Positions 39,553 to 53,490 are shown, counted from the first letter of the whole stretch. The stretch is DNA of 63,805 nt, filler included, from Octopus bimaculoides (GCF_001194135.2; 4 parts of 4 records of this genome joined end to end with filler, not necessarily neighbours in it), one strand, 5' to 3'. Notes: a model not told the origin generated them from the sequence alone. A program made the numbers and translations.

Positions 39553-39817
39553 CTGGACTGGCTCCTGTGCAGGTGGCATGTAAAAAACCATTTTGAGCGT
39601 GGCCGTTGCCAGTACCGCGTGACTAGCCCTCGTGCCAGTGGCACGTAAAAGCACCCACTACATTCTTGGAGTGGTTGGCGTTAGGAAGGGCATCCAGCTG
39701 AAGAAACTCTGCCAGATCAGATTGGAGCCTGGTGCAGCCATCTGGTTCACCAGTCCTCAGTCAAATCGTCCAACCCATGCTAGTATGGAAAGCGGACGTT
39801 AAACGATGATGATGATG
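39553..39817 (+). mobile_element. SINE 3' half ending GGAAAGCGGACGTTAAACGATGATGAT
   Basis: Close reverse-complement match to copies at 38355-38655, 60378-60660, 34205-34350 and 36365-36460. Confidence 0.8.
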
Positions 39818-40392
39818 AGGAGGAGGATGGGGTTCAATTCCCTGTCAGGGAGGCAATTATACTTTTTAAAGTGAGCTGGCAGAATCGTTAGCATGCCAGG
39901 AAAAATGTAGCAACATTTTGGTCATCTTTACTTTCTAGAGTTCAAACTTTACTTTTCTCCTTTAGGGATCAATAAAATAAGTACCAGTTAAGTAATCGAC
40001 TTACACTCTGCTCGGAATTTGCTGGCCCTGCAGTAAGATTAGAAACCAAGTTATGGTCTAAATATATCAGCTTATTAATGACAGTTATTTTATCAAATTT
40101 TCGTCATTTTCAAAATTAATTGAAACAAAAGCAATTCATTTCAACAGAAAAATAGCAGCAAAAATGTTAAGAACTTAAACAATTAAGCAACAAAAGGCAA
40201 AAGTGGAAGCTAAGGGTTTACAAAAGCTCCCTGCAGTTTCATTTGAATATAATACTGATCTAGTTGGCCACTTTCGTTTGTTCTCTTCTATTGATAGTCT
40301 CTATGTGAGGTAATGTCTTAATCTAAGAGTTGCGTCCCTTTAGTTGGCTGTTCTGTTGTTGAGTGTTTAGAGAGGTAATGAATGATCTTAAA

Positions 40393-40595
40393 GGCGGTGA
40401 GCTGGCAGAATCGTCAGCACGCCGGGTGAAATGCTTAGCGGTATTTCGTCTGTCTTTATGTTCTGAGTTCAAATTCCGCCGAGGTCGACTTTGCCTTTCA
40501 TCCTTTCGAGGTCGATAAATTAAGTACCAGTTGCGTACTGGGGTCGATCTAATCGACTGGTCCCCCCCCTCAAAATTTCGGGCCTTGTGCATAGA
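40393..40595 (+). mobile_element. tRNA-derived SINE, well-preserved copy
   Basis: Pol III A box TGGCAGAATCG, B box GTTCAAATTCC, central GCCTTTCATCCTTTCGAGGTCGATAAATTAAGTACCAG. Related copies near 6960-7190(-), 13430-13560, 13640-13790(-), 34905-35120, 35210-35400, 39870-40050, 47900-48290. Confidence 0.85.
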
Positions 40596-40869
40596 ATATT
40601 CTTAAAAATACGATATGTAAGCTAAGCGAGGTTCATCATCGTGGGTTGGATGGTTTGACGGGATCCAATGGCCTCAAGAACTGCATCGTGCTCTGGTGTC
40701 TACTTTAACATGTTTTCTATGAGTGAATCACATCCCCAACGCCAACCATTTACAGCGCGTACATGATGTTTTTTGCATACCACCAGCACTAATGAGGTTG
40801 CCATGCAGCTCGCAAGACTACAAAAGCCAAAGTAAGGGAGCAAAATAAACTTCTTTCATAGTTGTGTAC

Positions 40870-41309
40870 ATACTTCAATGTCGGATGCATCTGGACACAT
40901 CTTCAGTGATGTGGCCGGTCTCATCGGGTGTTTCGGGTCTTTCAACATCATACACCCTCCTCCAGGTGAACCAGCTGGGGCTGATCAGACCCCAGCTTGT
41001 GTCTAGATGGCCAGCTAGCTACCCCATGGCTCTCCTCTTTTGATCCACAACCATCTTGAGGCTCTCTCTGCCGCATCGGTGGTACTGTGGATGGCCTTCC
41101 TCCTTCTCACTCCCTCGATGCCCAAACTGCTGAAGGCTCTGGTCAGGGAACGGGCTGCGAAACCCCTGCATCTAACCTCCATTGGTAGACACCTCGCTCT
41201 TCAACCAGCCCGTTGGCAGTCACTGACCAGACCTGCGTACTTGGAGACCTTTCTCTCAAAAGCTTCTTCCTGGCGATCTTCCTATAGGAGTCAGCTCCAT
41301 CAGCACCAC
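40870..41309 (-). mobile_element. HERO-like non-LTR retrotransposon 3' fragment
   Basis: VVLMELT / EEAFERKVSKYAGLVSDCQRAG*RARCLPMEVRCRGFAARSLTRAFSSLGIEGVRRRKAIHSTTDAAERASRWLWIKRGEPWGS* (stop at 41015-41017), followed by a 3' UTR. Resembles the HERO-clade endonuclease end as I recall it. Confidence 0.75.
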
Positions 41310-41849
41310 TTTTTATTTATTTTTTACAAAAGAGGCAGGTCCTTTTGTAAAACATTCGATGAGAAACAACTGGAAACTGGAAAATATTTTAACAGATCTT
41401 ACTGCTTTTGCTAAATGTTTTGCTAGATTTTGCTAAATGTTCTTTTTCGACGGTGACACTAATTTTTCTTTATAAGCAAGTATCTTCTACATTAGCCACA
41501 GGCTGACAAAGTCTTGTTATTAAATTTGGTAAACAGGAAATATAAGAAGCCTGTCATGCACACACACACACACGTACACGCGCACAAACATGTTTGTATG
41601 AAATGCGTGTGTGTGTGTATATATATGTATGTATGTATACGTGCTCAAACATGTTTGTATGAAATGTGTGCGTGCGCGCGTATATACATATGTACGCTTA
41701 CGTATATGTATATATCTCGTCCTCCTATGACTTAAAAGCTAACGTGTGTATGTGTATAGAAAAGAGAAGTTAAAAATGCACTGGGATTCGTTTACATTTT
41801 TTTATTTTCAAATATTTAAGGATTTATTCTTCAAACTCGTCAATTCCAA

Positions 41850-42700
41850 ACAGTATATTCTTTTGACATTATGCCACCCGAAACACGCCAAATTCAACAT
41901 TCCCTTCAACCTGGTAAAACGAATTTGTACCATAGCATCAGAACCATCTAAACGTGAACAAAAACTAGAGGAACCGAAGGACACACTTATCCAAAGAGCC
42001 TCCCCTCACCTACCAGCATAATCATCAACGGAATAGACAAGGAGAAACAAATGGATATGAATGAACTTAGGAAAACAAAAGCCAAAAGAAGGAAAAATGT
42101 CTTACCATTCGTGTCAACCTTCAATCCCAGAAAAACCGAAATATTTTATTACATCCACAAAAACCTTCCTATCTTATCTGCAGATGAAGAAATGAGAAAA
42201 GTCTTAGAAAAACAACAAATCATCAAAAACAAAAAGCAGCCCAAAACACTAAAACTCGTTCTCACTGGAGCAAAAATGCACAAAGAAGCCCCCAACACAA
42301 CGGTCACAAAATGCAGGAGAACAAACGGCGCACATGCCGTTACCTAATTGAGGGGCCGGAATTTAAATTCAAAGACGGCCTTCAAACTCAAGTCCAATCT
42401 CACTTGCAACATGGAAAACCTGATCTACGTAATCACATGCAATTGGTTGCCAACATAATTACATGGGTCAGACGGGCAGATCATTATGCAACAGAATGAC
42501 GACGCATCACCAACAGATGCGAGACAAAAGCACAAGGAAAATTCCTTTAAGCTGTCACATTGCAACTTGTGCAGGAATGGTCTTACCAAATTTCTAAGTA
42601 TTTCCCCTCTACAAGTGCTCAGATTCCTTCAAACAACAACAAAGACTGAATAAAAGAAGACAATTTATCAACAAGTACAAACCATAATTAAATATAGACC
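41850..42700 (+). mobile_element. Penelope-like retroelement fragment (RT C-terminus plus GIY-YIG region)
   Basis: CHPKHAKFNIPFNLVKRICTI; VLPFVSTFNPR...KQPKTLK; NLTCNMENLIYVITC; RMTTHHQQMRD...HIATC; QFINKYKP, disrupted by stops and frameshifts. Confidence 0.85.
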
Positions 42701-43219
42701 CAATCCCAAATACATACATCAGTATTCTCTCTCTCTCTTTCACACACACACACACACTCATACGTACTAATCAATGTTTGCCAGAAATTCTCTGTAATGG
42801 GCTTGAACCATGCTTCACATAGTTGAGAAACAGTTTCACTAGTGTCTCCATACAAATGCCTTTCAGGAAGCGACCTACATATCCTGAATAACTCAATGAA
42901 ATAAATATGATTTATTTTACAGCCTGCATCTTTATTTGCACGAAGAATGTCTTCCTAACAGATATAGTAATCTATTTAAATTCATTGAGCTCCCATTCAC
43001 AATAACCGAAGGTCATCGTTATTTCTCACCACAACACTTTAATAGTCTCTTATGTGGGAGATTTTACTTGATCTATAAGGATTTATAATGACAGCTGGGT
43101 AGCGATTTTCCATAACTTCTCTCAGGGACAGCTACTTATGCCTCACAAGCCACTAAGTTTTCGTAGTATATACGTACATGTATGCGTACGTATAAACATA
43201 ACTATATAAAAATGTATGG

Positions 43220-43306
<87 letters not shown>

Positions 43307-43438
43307 TCCCTGTCTGCCTCCCTTTCTCATTAAGTACATACATACATATACACATATGCATAACACCATACACACATACATACATACGTACAGACAGATA
43401 GATAGATAGATAGACATATAGCTGTACATATATACATG

Positions 43439-43538
43439 NNNNNNNNNNNNNNNNNNNNNNNNNNNNNNNNNNNNNNNNNNNNTTAATTAATTAANNNNNN
43501 NNNNNNNNNNNNNNNNNNNNNNNNNNNNNNNNNNNNNN
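43439..43538. other. Artificial contig-join spacer
   Basis: 44 N + TTAATTAATTAA + 44 N. Confidence 0.92.
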
Positions 43539-43597
<59 letters not shown>

Positions 43598-44441
43598 TTC
43601 TCCCACCAGTGCCTGACAACCGGAGTTGCTGTTTTTACGTCCCAGTTCGACAAAAGTGACCGATAGATACTGACCGATAATAGGGTTGATTCATTCGCCT
43701 AAAAATTCTTCAAGGCGGTACTCCAGTATGATCACAGCCTAATAATGACAAGCAAGTAAAATATAATAGGTGTAGGTGTGTGTGTGTGTGTGTGTGTATG
43801 CATCATATATGTATGTCGGACAAGCATACTCACTTTCTGTTAGGAACCAGTCCCTTTACAAAGATCTCTCAAATACTTAACAAAGGTTTAAGAACCGGTA
43901 TGTATATATGTATGTATGTATGTATGTATAGACGCACACGTACATACTTTCAGGCATATGCACACAGTGACACAAATATGCGTCGACAAACTGGCAGTTG
44001 TGAATGATGGCAATTGGGTGTTAAGGGAATGTTTTTGTCCTCGCTAACACCACGCACACACATCTATTCATGCACATACATACAAATATACAAGTGTCCA
44101 GACAGGCGGAAAAAACCCCACTTTTTTCCGCTGAGGACTTATATGTCCTAATATCAGACTATTTTTTAAACCAATACACGGTGGTCGCTTCTGAGCTTTA
44201 ATCTTTAAGTTATGATATATGTATTATGATAATTATATGTATAATTATGATAAATGTCGTTGAATGCTCGAAATGAGGAGTAGATAGAGAGCCGACAGCT
44301 GATGAAAGGTCGTTTCTCTGTTTACTTGTCCTGTCTTCCATTTTTTTCTCTCGTTGTTTACGTATTTAACTCGTTTGCCTAAGTGTTTCATGTTGTTTAT
44401 TCAATTAATGACGTCCTGTACCCATGTATGCGTGTGTGTAT

Positions 44442-44474
<33 letters not shown>

Positions 44475-45471
44475 CTTACTTGGAAATGGATGTGTGGCGT
44501 TCAGTCATATAATAATATAAATATGGAAAGAAAGAAAGCTCAAGATAGGAAAAGAAAGATTGTCGATGGTCACGTGTGAGCAACGAGAAAGTAAAGGAGG
44601 ATGAGTGAGAAAGATAGAGGGACAGATAAAGAACGGTGAAGGAGAGAGGAAAATAGAGAAAGGATGAAAGAGAAAAACGAAAGGGGGGGGAGAAGAATTA
44701 GAGAAAAGCGAAAGGGAGAAAGAATTAGAGAAAGGAAGAGAGAGAGGAAACGAAAGGGGAAAGGGAAAGAGAATAGTACAAGACAGAGTCGCATCGGAAT
44801 TGTTAAGATAAACTTTCTTGGAAATGGATGCGTGGCGTTTCAATCATATAATAATATAAGTAAATGAGTGGAAATCGAATTGGTGAGTGTGTTAATTAAT
44901 AAGGCATTGAAACAGAATGACTCTCCCCAGACACAATAAAATATGCTTCAACACACTAATTCACATAAAGAATCTTGCAAACCAAATACAAAAACGAAAT
45001 ATATATACGTACACCTACGCCCTCAGATGTAATAATATTATATGTGTATGCATATATATTCTTTTCTTATATTGCTGTACTGGTTTCAGCTATGTATGTA
45101 TGCTATATATGTATATATATGTCTGTATGTATATATGTATGTATATATATCTAGATATATGTATGTATATATATGTATATATGTAGATATATGTGTGTGT
45201 GTATGTTTGTGTATATATATATATATTTTTATTTAATATGCGCCCTTTTCATGGGCCCCTTTTCATGGGCCCGGTTGGTCATGTTCCCAGTTTGACCAAT
45301 GAAAACACACGCACTATATATTTGGTGTCAGCTTGCTTCAGCTTTATTTCATATTAATTACATAAATAAAATATGAAATAAAGCTGAGCAAGCGAACACC
45401 GAATAAACAGTGCGTGTGTTTTCATTGGCAACATGACCGTCCCCAAATAGAGCAATATATATATATATGTT

Positions 45472-45517
<46 letters not shown>

Positions 45518-46134
45518 CATACACATGCATCTATATGCATATGTTATATACACGTCAGAAACCTCTGCTTTCTCCGCCAATCTGAATGAAGGACGAAAAA
45601 GCCACGCCACCGTCCCCAACAACTCCACTGTCCTACTCCNNNNNNNNNNNNNNNNNNNNNNNNNNNNNNNNNNNNNNNNNNNNNNNNNNNNNNNNNNNNN
45701 NNNNNNNNNNNNNNNNNNNNNNNNNNNNNNNNNNNNNNNNNNNNNNNNNNNNNNNNNNNNNNNNNNNNNNNNNNNNNNNNNNNNNNNNNNNNNNNNNNNN
45801 NNNNNNNNNNNNNNNNNNNNNNNNNNNNNNNNNNNNNNNNNNNNNNNNNNNNNNNNNNNNNNNNNNNNNNNNNNNNNNNNNNNNNNNNNNNNNNNNNNNN
45901 NNNNNNNNNNNNNNNNNNNNNNNNNNNNNNNNNNNNNNNNNNNTCTGTACGGATGTATAAAGTCTGCTGCTGTTGACAGGCGTCAGCTACACGACCCGCA
46001 CACCCATCAACCCCGCCACCGCTGCTCCACTGATTCCCTTAAAGGGACCACCACCACCAGACGGATATACATATTGCTATTGCTGCTCCTTCTATTGTTG
46101 TTATTATGGGGCCTGTTCATTGTTGCTGTTGTTG

Positions 46135-46170
<36 letters not shown>

Positions 46171-47179
46171 GTTTTTGCAACTGCGCTAGTTTTTTGTATA
46201 CACTCACAAACACACATATATATACACACGCGTGCATATATATATATATATATATATATACATACACACACGCACTTTCACACATACATCACGCACACGT
46301 ACTCACACAGACACATACATACATCTCTCTATCCCTCCACACACACACACACACACAAATATACCCGTTAATTTAAAAGGGAAACTCCAGTTATAGATGA
46401 GGTGTTTACCTATGCAAACCCGTCCCATCATTTAATGACACCACATGTTCAATCTACGGAAAGGTTATATATATAATCATATATAGCTGCATATATGTAT
46501 GTCTATGTGTATATACAGCCGCTATATTTCCATGAATGGATTACGGGTATATAGCGTTGTTGTCTATATAATATATGCGGCCACCTTCTCAGGTAAATAT
46601 ATCCTTCATTAACAGTGTGCGTGTGTGTGTGTGGAGAGAGAGATGTTTGTGTCTGCACACACGCACACACACACATATATATGACATGTTTATATGAACG
46701 CATGTATGTGTATCTGTGTGTGTGTGTGTGTGTGTATGTATATATGTGTGTGTGTATGTATATATATATGTGTGTGTGTGTGTGTGTATGTATGTATTTT
46801 TTATATGTATATGTGCATATATGTGTGTAAATCTCTTATTCCGGTTCTTCTACATCGGAATGCGGCTGCCTTGAAGGGTTTCGTCAACTAAATCTACCCC
46901 TGTAATATGTTTCAAGTTTGGTGCTTAATTCTGTCGCTATCTCTTTTACGGAACCGCTAATTAAGAAGGATGCAAACAAACCACTACCGGTTATCAACCA
47001 ATCAGACAAACACTCGCAGACGCATACACATGTATCCATACACACACACGCGCACATACACACATATATAAAATACGCGCTCATACGAACCTATATCAAA
47101 CACACACACACACACACACACAAATATAGTCACACTCGACAAAGTTTGTTACATTTTCCGTTTACCAAATTCACGCGAA

Positions 47180-47620
47180 GGTGGAGATGGAGTATATGTA
47201 ATCTGGGTATACCCCCACTTTTAAATTTTTTTTTTTTTTTTTACGGAATCCTATGTTTCAGACCATGGAGAATCCGATTCTGGAAAAAAATTTTCAAAAA
47301 TCTCAATTTCAAAATTTCGATCCCCCCCCCCGGTTTTTATATAGATCCACAGGGTAAACCTAACCCTAACTCAAACCCTAACCCTAACCCTAACCCTAAC
47401 NNNNNNNNNNNNNNNNNNNNNNNNNNNNNNNNNNNNNNNNNNNNNNNNNNNNNNNNNNNNNGAAGGTGGAGATGGAGTATATGTAATCTGGGTATACCCC
47501 CACTTTTAAATTTTTTTTTTCAGAATCGGAATCTCCATAGCCTAAAACGTGGGATTCCGTAAAAAAAAATTAATAAATAAGGGGGGGAAAGGTTCAGATT
47601 ACATATAGTCCATCTCTACC
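47180..47620. mobile_element. Non-autonomous long-TIR DNA transposon (Merlin-like MITE)
   Basis: 8-bp direct repeat CACGCGAA at 47172-47179 and 47621-47628; termini GGTGGAGATGG...CCATCTCTACC; imperfect TIRs of about 113 bp (47180-47293 vs 47508-47620); (TAACCC)n core. Terminal GG and an 8-9 bp TSD are Merlin hallmarks. Confidence 0.75.
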
Positions 47621-48331
47621 CACGCGAATTTTGTTTGCTTGACCCAGGAATACTAAAAGATGTTACCCACGGTACCGCACAGTGGAACCGAACCACAGAC
47701 CACGTGGTTGTGAATTAAGATTCTTAACCCCACACACATGTATATATATTTTCCTTCGTTTTCTTCACGCTTCCGAGTGTTTTATTTTTATGAATCGTTT
47801 TATATCAACGCCTGTATTTACTTGATGCGTGCGTGTTTGTGTGTATACAGACCAACATTTATATTAACCTATTTATATTGATTTCAAATTTTGGCGCAGG
47901 GCCAGCAATTTCGGGTGCTTCTGTTCAACTGATACTGAATTTGTCGACCCAGAAAGGTAAAGTGAACCTCGTCGGAATTTGAACTGACGAAAAACCGCTA
48001 ATCATTTCCCCCGGCGTGCTAACGATTCTGCCTTCATATCAACATTTATATTAAAAAGAAGGGCGGAATTCTGCTTAGCGTATCAATAAACCAAAATCGA
48101 TATAAACGCGAGCAAACAGGCTGTAGAATCGTTACTGCGCCGGACAAAATGTCTAGTGGCATTTTTACCGGTTAAGTTTAAGTTCTACTTAGGTCGCCTT
48201 GTCTTTCATCCTTTTAGAGTCGATGAAATAACTAATGGTTGAGCACCAGACCCCTCTCTCAAAATTTCAGGTCTTGTGCCTATAGAAGGTTAATTTTTAT
48301 GTGTATATATACTTCTATATATATTTAGAAA

Positions 48332-48365
<34 letters not shown>

Positions 48366-49636
48366 GGATGCTTATTTAAAAAGTGACTCAAAGGTAGGGA
48401 TTTTTCGTGCAAAGTACATATGAAACCTTTCTAATTATATAGGTGCAGGCGTGGGTGTGTGGTAAAAAGCTCGCTTCCGGATTACATGGTTCCGGGATCT
48501 TTCGAGAAAAAAAAAATTTAAGGGTGGTTGGGGGTTTTCGGAAGTCTTGCCAATGGAAACTGTAAGAAGCCTGTCGTGTGCGTGTGTAATATGAATTTGT
48601 GTCTGTGTTTATCTTCCACCGCCGCATGTTCTTCCAAATGATTAACAGCAGAATCTGTAATTATCTATCTAGCCATTCATTCATTCATCTGTCTGTTCTA
48701 TCCATTGTACTCATTCATCCGCTTCCTAAGCAACGGTCAACTGAAGGCTTATAACACAGGGCCAATGTTCCATGTGCAACTGATTGGGATCAAGCCCTAA
48801 ACTCTGAGCTTAAGAAACCAAACTTCGGAACTAATTCTTACTGACTCATAGTTTTTTATATTTTAGATCAGCAGTAATAATGTAAACAAACACACAGACA
48901 CACGTGCGCACGCGCACGCACACACACACACATACAGTGTATGTGCGTTCTTTTGTTTTCACTTGTTGGACTGGGGCCATACTGGGGCACTGCTTTCAAA
49001 CTTTTATTTCATTGAAGCTTTCATTTAGCAAATTAATTCCAGTGCTTTTTTTTGTATTATGTAAGTCTGGTACTTATTTTATCGACCTCTTTTGCCAAAC
49101 CACGAAGAAATGGGGATGTAAGAAAACTAACGTCGGTTGTCAATTGCTAATGGGGACAATTACACACACACACACATACACAAAAACACATACACAACGG
49201 GTTTCGACAGTTTCCATCTACTAAATTCACTATCAAGGGCTATAGCAGAAGAGACTAGTTGAAACTGGTGTACAGTGGAATTGAATTCAAAACCTCATGG
49301 CTGCAAAGAGTTCTTAATCACTGAGCTACCGTACCTGCACCTGTGTGTGTGTGTATGTGTGTGATATCTGCGACTATGCTGGGGCACCGCTTTGAAGAAG
49401 TTTAGTCTCACATATCAATCCCACTATTTATTATATCGGTTTCTTGCAGAACCGCTAAGTTACGGAGATGTAAACATACCAATGCCAGTTGTCAAGCGGT
49501 GATGGGGAACAAACACAGGCGCAATGACATACACACACACATATATACACGATAGGCTTCTCTCAGTTTTCGTCTACTAAATCCACTCAAAAGGCTATGT
49601 GTGTGTATATATATATACGTGCATGTGTGTTTCATA

Positions 49637-49697
<61 letters not shown>

Positions 49698-50314
49698 CCT
49701 TTATATTGAACACTCAATATTTCATCTACATTCAATACTTTATTTCATGGTGCCATCCATTTTTATTTTATTTTATTTTATATTATATATTGTATATTCC
49801 ATATTCTATACCCCACATTGGTTCTGCAGGAATATAAATAAAACATAAAAAACAGACAGTGTTGGAACTCTTTTAAACAAAATAATATATTCCTCTATAC
49901 ACAATCATACAAAAAAACCACCTTTTTTGTATTTATTTTTACTCGCATATATATATGTATATATATATATATATAGGTTTGGTAGAGCGCACAGGATAAG
50001 ACATGAGTATATATTTTATATTTTTTATCAGTAGGTATAAAGTGACTCAAGGGATGAAAGTTTCATGTATAACACAAAACACACGCATACATATCTTTTA
50101 TCTTTTACTTGTTTCAGTCATTTGACTACGGCCATGCTGGGCCGTCGCCTTGGAGAATTATTTAGCCGAATTATATCAACCCCAGGGCATCTTTGAAGCC
50201 TGATACTTATTCTATCAGCTTCTTTTGCTGAACCGCTAAGTTACAGCACCGGTTGTCAAGCGGTCGTGGGAGACAACCACAGACACAATGACGCGCACAC
50301 ACACACACACACAC

Positions 50315-50345
<31 letters not shown>

Positions 50346-50583
50346 TAGTTAAATGAGACCAGTCTATGGGATTACCCTGCTCTATTACTTTGTGTGCTTC
50401 ATTTTCGGATTATATAGATATATATATAAGGAAATAAGTTTAATAATGGGTAGTTTATCCGGTTCATGCTATATAATTAGTATTATCCTGTGTTTGAGAA
50501 TGAAATTATTTCTTTATCTTTCAATACATCTCTACTCTTCCAAAGCAAACTTTGTTTTCTTTCATCATTTGAATTTAACGTGT

Positions 50584-50666
<83 letters not shown>

Positions 50667-52049
50667 TGTGTCTGTNNNNNNNNNNNNNNNNNNNNNNNNN
50701 NNNNNNNNNNNNNNNNNNNNNNNNNNNNNNNNNNNNNNNNNNNNNNNNNNNNNNNNNNNNNNNNNNNNNNNNNNNNNNNNNNNNNNNNNNNNNNNNNNNN
50801 NNNNNNNNNNNNNNNNNNNNNNNNNNNNNNNNNNNNNNNNNNNNNNNNNNNNNNNNNNNNNNNNNNNNNNNNNNNNNNNNNNNNNNNNNNNNNNNNNNNN
50901 NNNNNNNNNNNNNNNNNNNNNNNNNNNNNNNNNNNNNNNNNNNNNNNNNNNNNNNNNNNNNNNNNNNNNNNNNNNNNNNNNNNNNNNNNNNNNNNNNNNN
51001 NNNNNNNNNNNNNNNNNNNNNNNNNNNNNNNNNNNNNNNNNNNNNNNNNNNNNNNNNNNNNNNNNNNNNNNNNNNNNNNNNNNNNNNNNNNNNNNNNNNN
51101 NNNNNNNNNNNNNNNNNNNNNNNNNNNNNNNNNNNNNNNNNNNNNNNNNNNNNNNNNNNNNNNNNNNNNNNNNNNNNNNNNNNNNNNNNNNNNNNNNNNN
51201 NNNNNNNNNNNNNNNNNNNNNNNNNNNNNNNNNNNNNNNNNNNNNNNNNNNNNNNNNNNNNNNNNNNNNNNNNNNNNNNNNNNNNNNNNNNNNNNNNNNN
51301 NNNNNNNNNNNNNNNNNNNNNNNNNNNNNNNNNNNNNNNNNNNNNNNNNNNNNNNNNNNNNNNNNNNNNNNNNNNNNNNNNNNNNNNNNNNNNNNNNNNN
51401 NNNNNNNNNNNNNNNNNNNNNNNNNNNNNNNNNNNNNNNNNNNNNNNNNNNNNNNNNNNNNNNNNAGATAGATAGATAGATAGATAGATAGACAGATAGA
51501 TAGATAGATAGATAGATTAGAGAGAGAGAGAGAGAGAGAGATACACACACACACACATGATGAGTTTCTTTCCAAATCCACTCACAAGGATTTGGTCAGC
51601 CCGAGGTTATAGTAGAAGGTGCTTGCCCTGCAGTGGGACTGAACCTAGAACTATGTGTTTGGGACACAAGCTTCTTACCACACAATTGCAGCTTTGATAA
51701 AAGCATATTACTCTACCTTCAGTTTTTTAGTACTATTTTCCTCCTCCTTGTATGCAGTTACTCGCATATACACACACACACACGCATGTGTTGGTGTACA
51801 TCTGATGTAAATAAACAAGTCTTAACATGTGTGGTGCTATCCTTGGTTGCATCTCGCTGAGACTCCTAACCTTTTATTTGTGTTGACCCCATATGTTCTC
51901 TGCTGGGAGTCACAACTACAGATCCTTTCAAAAAATGTGTTTTACATCACAAGTGAAAATATGTATGTATACACAAACACACGTGTGTGTGCTTGTGTGC
52001 CTGTGAACATTTGTATACATACATATGTGTGTACGCATGTGTATGTGTT

Positions 52050-52090
<41 letters not shown>

Positions 52091-52539
52091 GTGTGTGTGT
52101 GTGTATGTATGTATGCATTATGCATTACAGGTCAGTGCTTCCCCTATATGTGTGTGTGTGTGTGTATGCATATGTGTGTGTGTTTATATATACATATATG
52201 CATGTATGTATAGGAGGAGATTTATATTGCAAGGTGAAGCACTAATTGGCAATTACACCTATATATATATATATATTACATATATATTATATTATACACA
52301 TAGATACACATGTTCACTTCTTAATATTTGAACTGATTTACACGTGTTTAGATATAACAAAGAATATTCTTCCTCTACACCGGGAGCCTTTTGTATTTGT
52401 GGTTTTCCCTGCTAGAAATAGTCGCCCAGTCTCCTTCGAATCACCCTGTGTCATCTTAAATAGAAGCAAACAAGCATTTGAGAATGCATTCCTATATACT
52501 CTGAGTCTGGATGGTTTCAGCTGGAATCTCTTTGATCAA

Positions 52540-52990
52540 TGGTCTGCTGGATCAGGATTGACCTGTGGCTAAACAACAACAGCAACTCCAGACACTAATA
52601 CTAAGTACTGTACATTAGATAATGTAGTCCAAGGTGCACTATGTCTGAATGAAAGTTAGGATGGTCACAGCCGGAACATCTTTGATCATAGGTCTGTCTG
52701 GATTAGGACTGACCTGTGGCTAAACAACAATAACAACGACTATAGCCACTAATATTAACTACTATACTGTACGTTAGATAATGTAGTCGTAGATACACAG
52801 TGTCTGAATAATATATGGGATGGTCACAGCTGGAACGTCTCTGATCATAGCAACTTATACCAACTACTATACAATAGATAATGTAGTCCTAGATAGACCA
52901 TGTCTGAATATAGTTAGGATGGTCACACCTGGTACATTTTTTTAATCATAGCTCTGCTGGATCAAGACTGACCTGGGGCTAAACACTCTG
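52540..52990. repeat. Tandem repeat of about 150 bp (second array at 55500-56060)
   Basis: GACCTGTGGCTAAACAACAAC...CATTAGATAATGTAGTCC...GATGGTCACAGC; anchors at 52561, 52712 and 52971. Confidence 0.85.
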
Positions 52991-53149
52991 CTGCCCCTAC
53001 CTCCACCAGCTCCCACACCATAACCACCCAATCAACACACAATGGGGACAGCCTTACCATTCACCTCCCACTGTTTCTCATCTTCATCGCCTCCCCCCTC
53101 CCTCAAGCACCCCCTTTTCAGTGGAGTCAGGTCTCCTGCAAATTTGAAA

Positions 53150-53490
53150 GGCTTATTGTTGTGTGGTGGTTATGGTAGTGCTAGTTGTTGCAGTTTGTTG
53201 TGGTACTGGCTGTAGTGTAGTGGTGGTGATAGTAATGGGAGTAGTAGTAGTAGTATGAGTGTTATGGTGGTAATAGTATTAGTTGTGGTGGTGGTGGTAG
53301 TTGTAGCTGTGGTAGTAATTGCAGTGGCGGTTGTAGTAGTGGTTGTGGTAGAAGTAGTAGTAGTGGTGGTAGTTCTGATTGTAGTGGTAGTAGTTGTGAT
53401 GGTGGTGGTAGTAGTAGTAGCAGAAGTGATGTTGGTGGTGGTGGTGGCGGTGGTGGTTTTGGTGGTGGTGGTGGTGGTTGCTGCTGTATG
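53150..53490. repeat. (GTG/GTA)n low-complexity tract
   Basis: Mixed trinucleotide repeats giving poly-Val and poly-Thr pseudo-ORFs. Confidence 0.85.

Noticed and set aside
40393-40480. Possible tRNA gene
   Set aside because: A and B boxes are present, but there is no cloverleaf and it continues into SINE body sequence; a SINE head.
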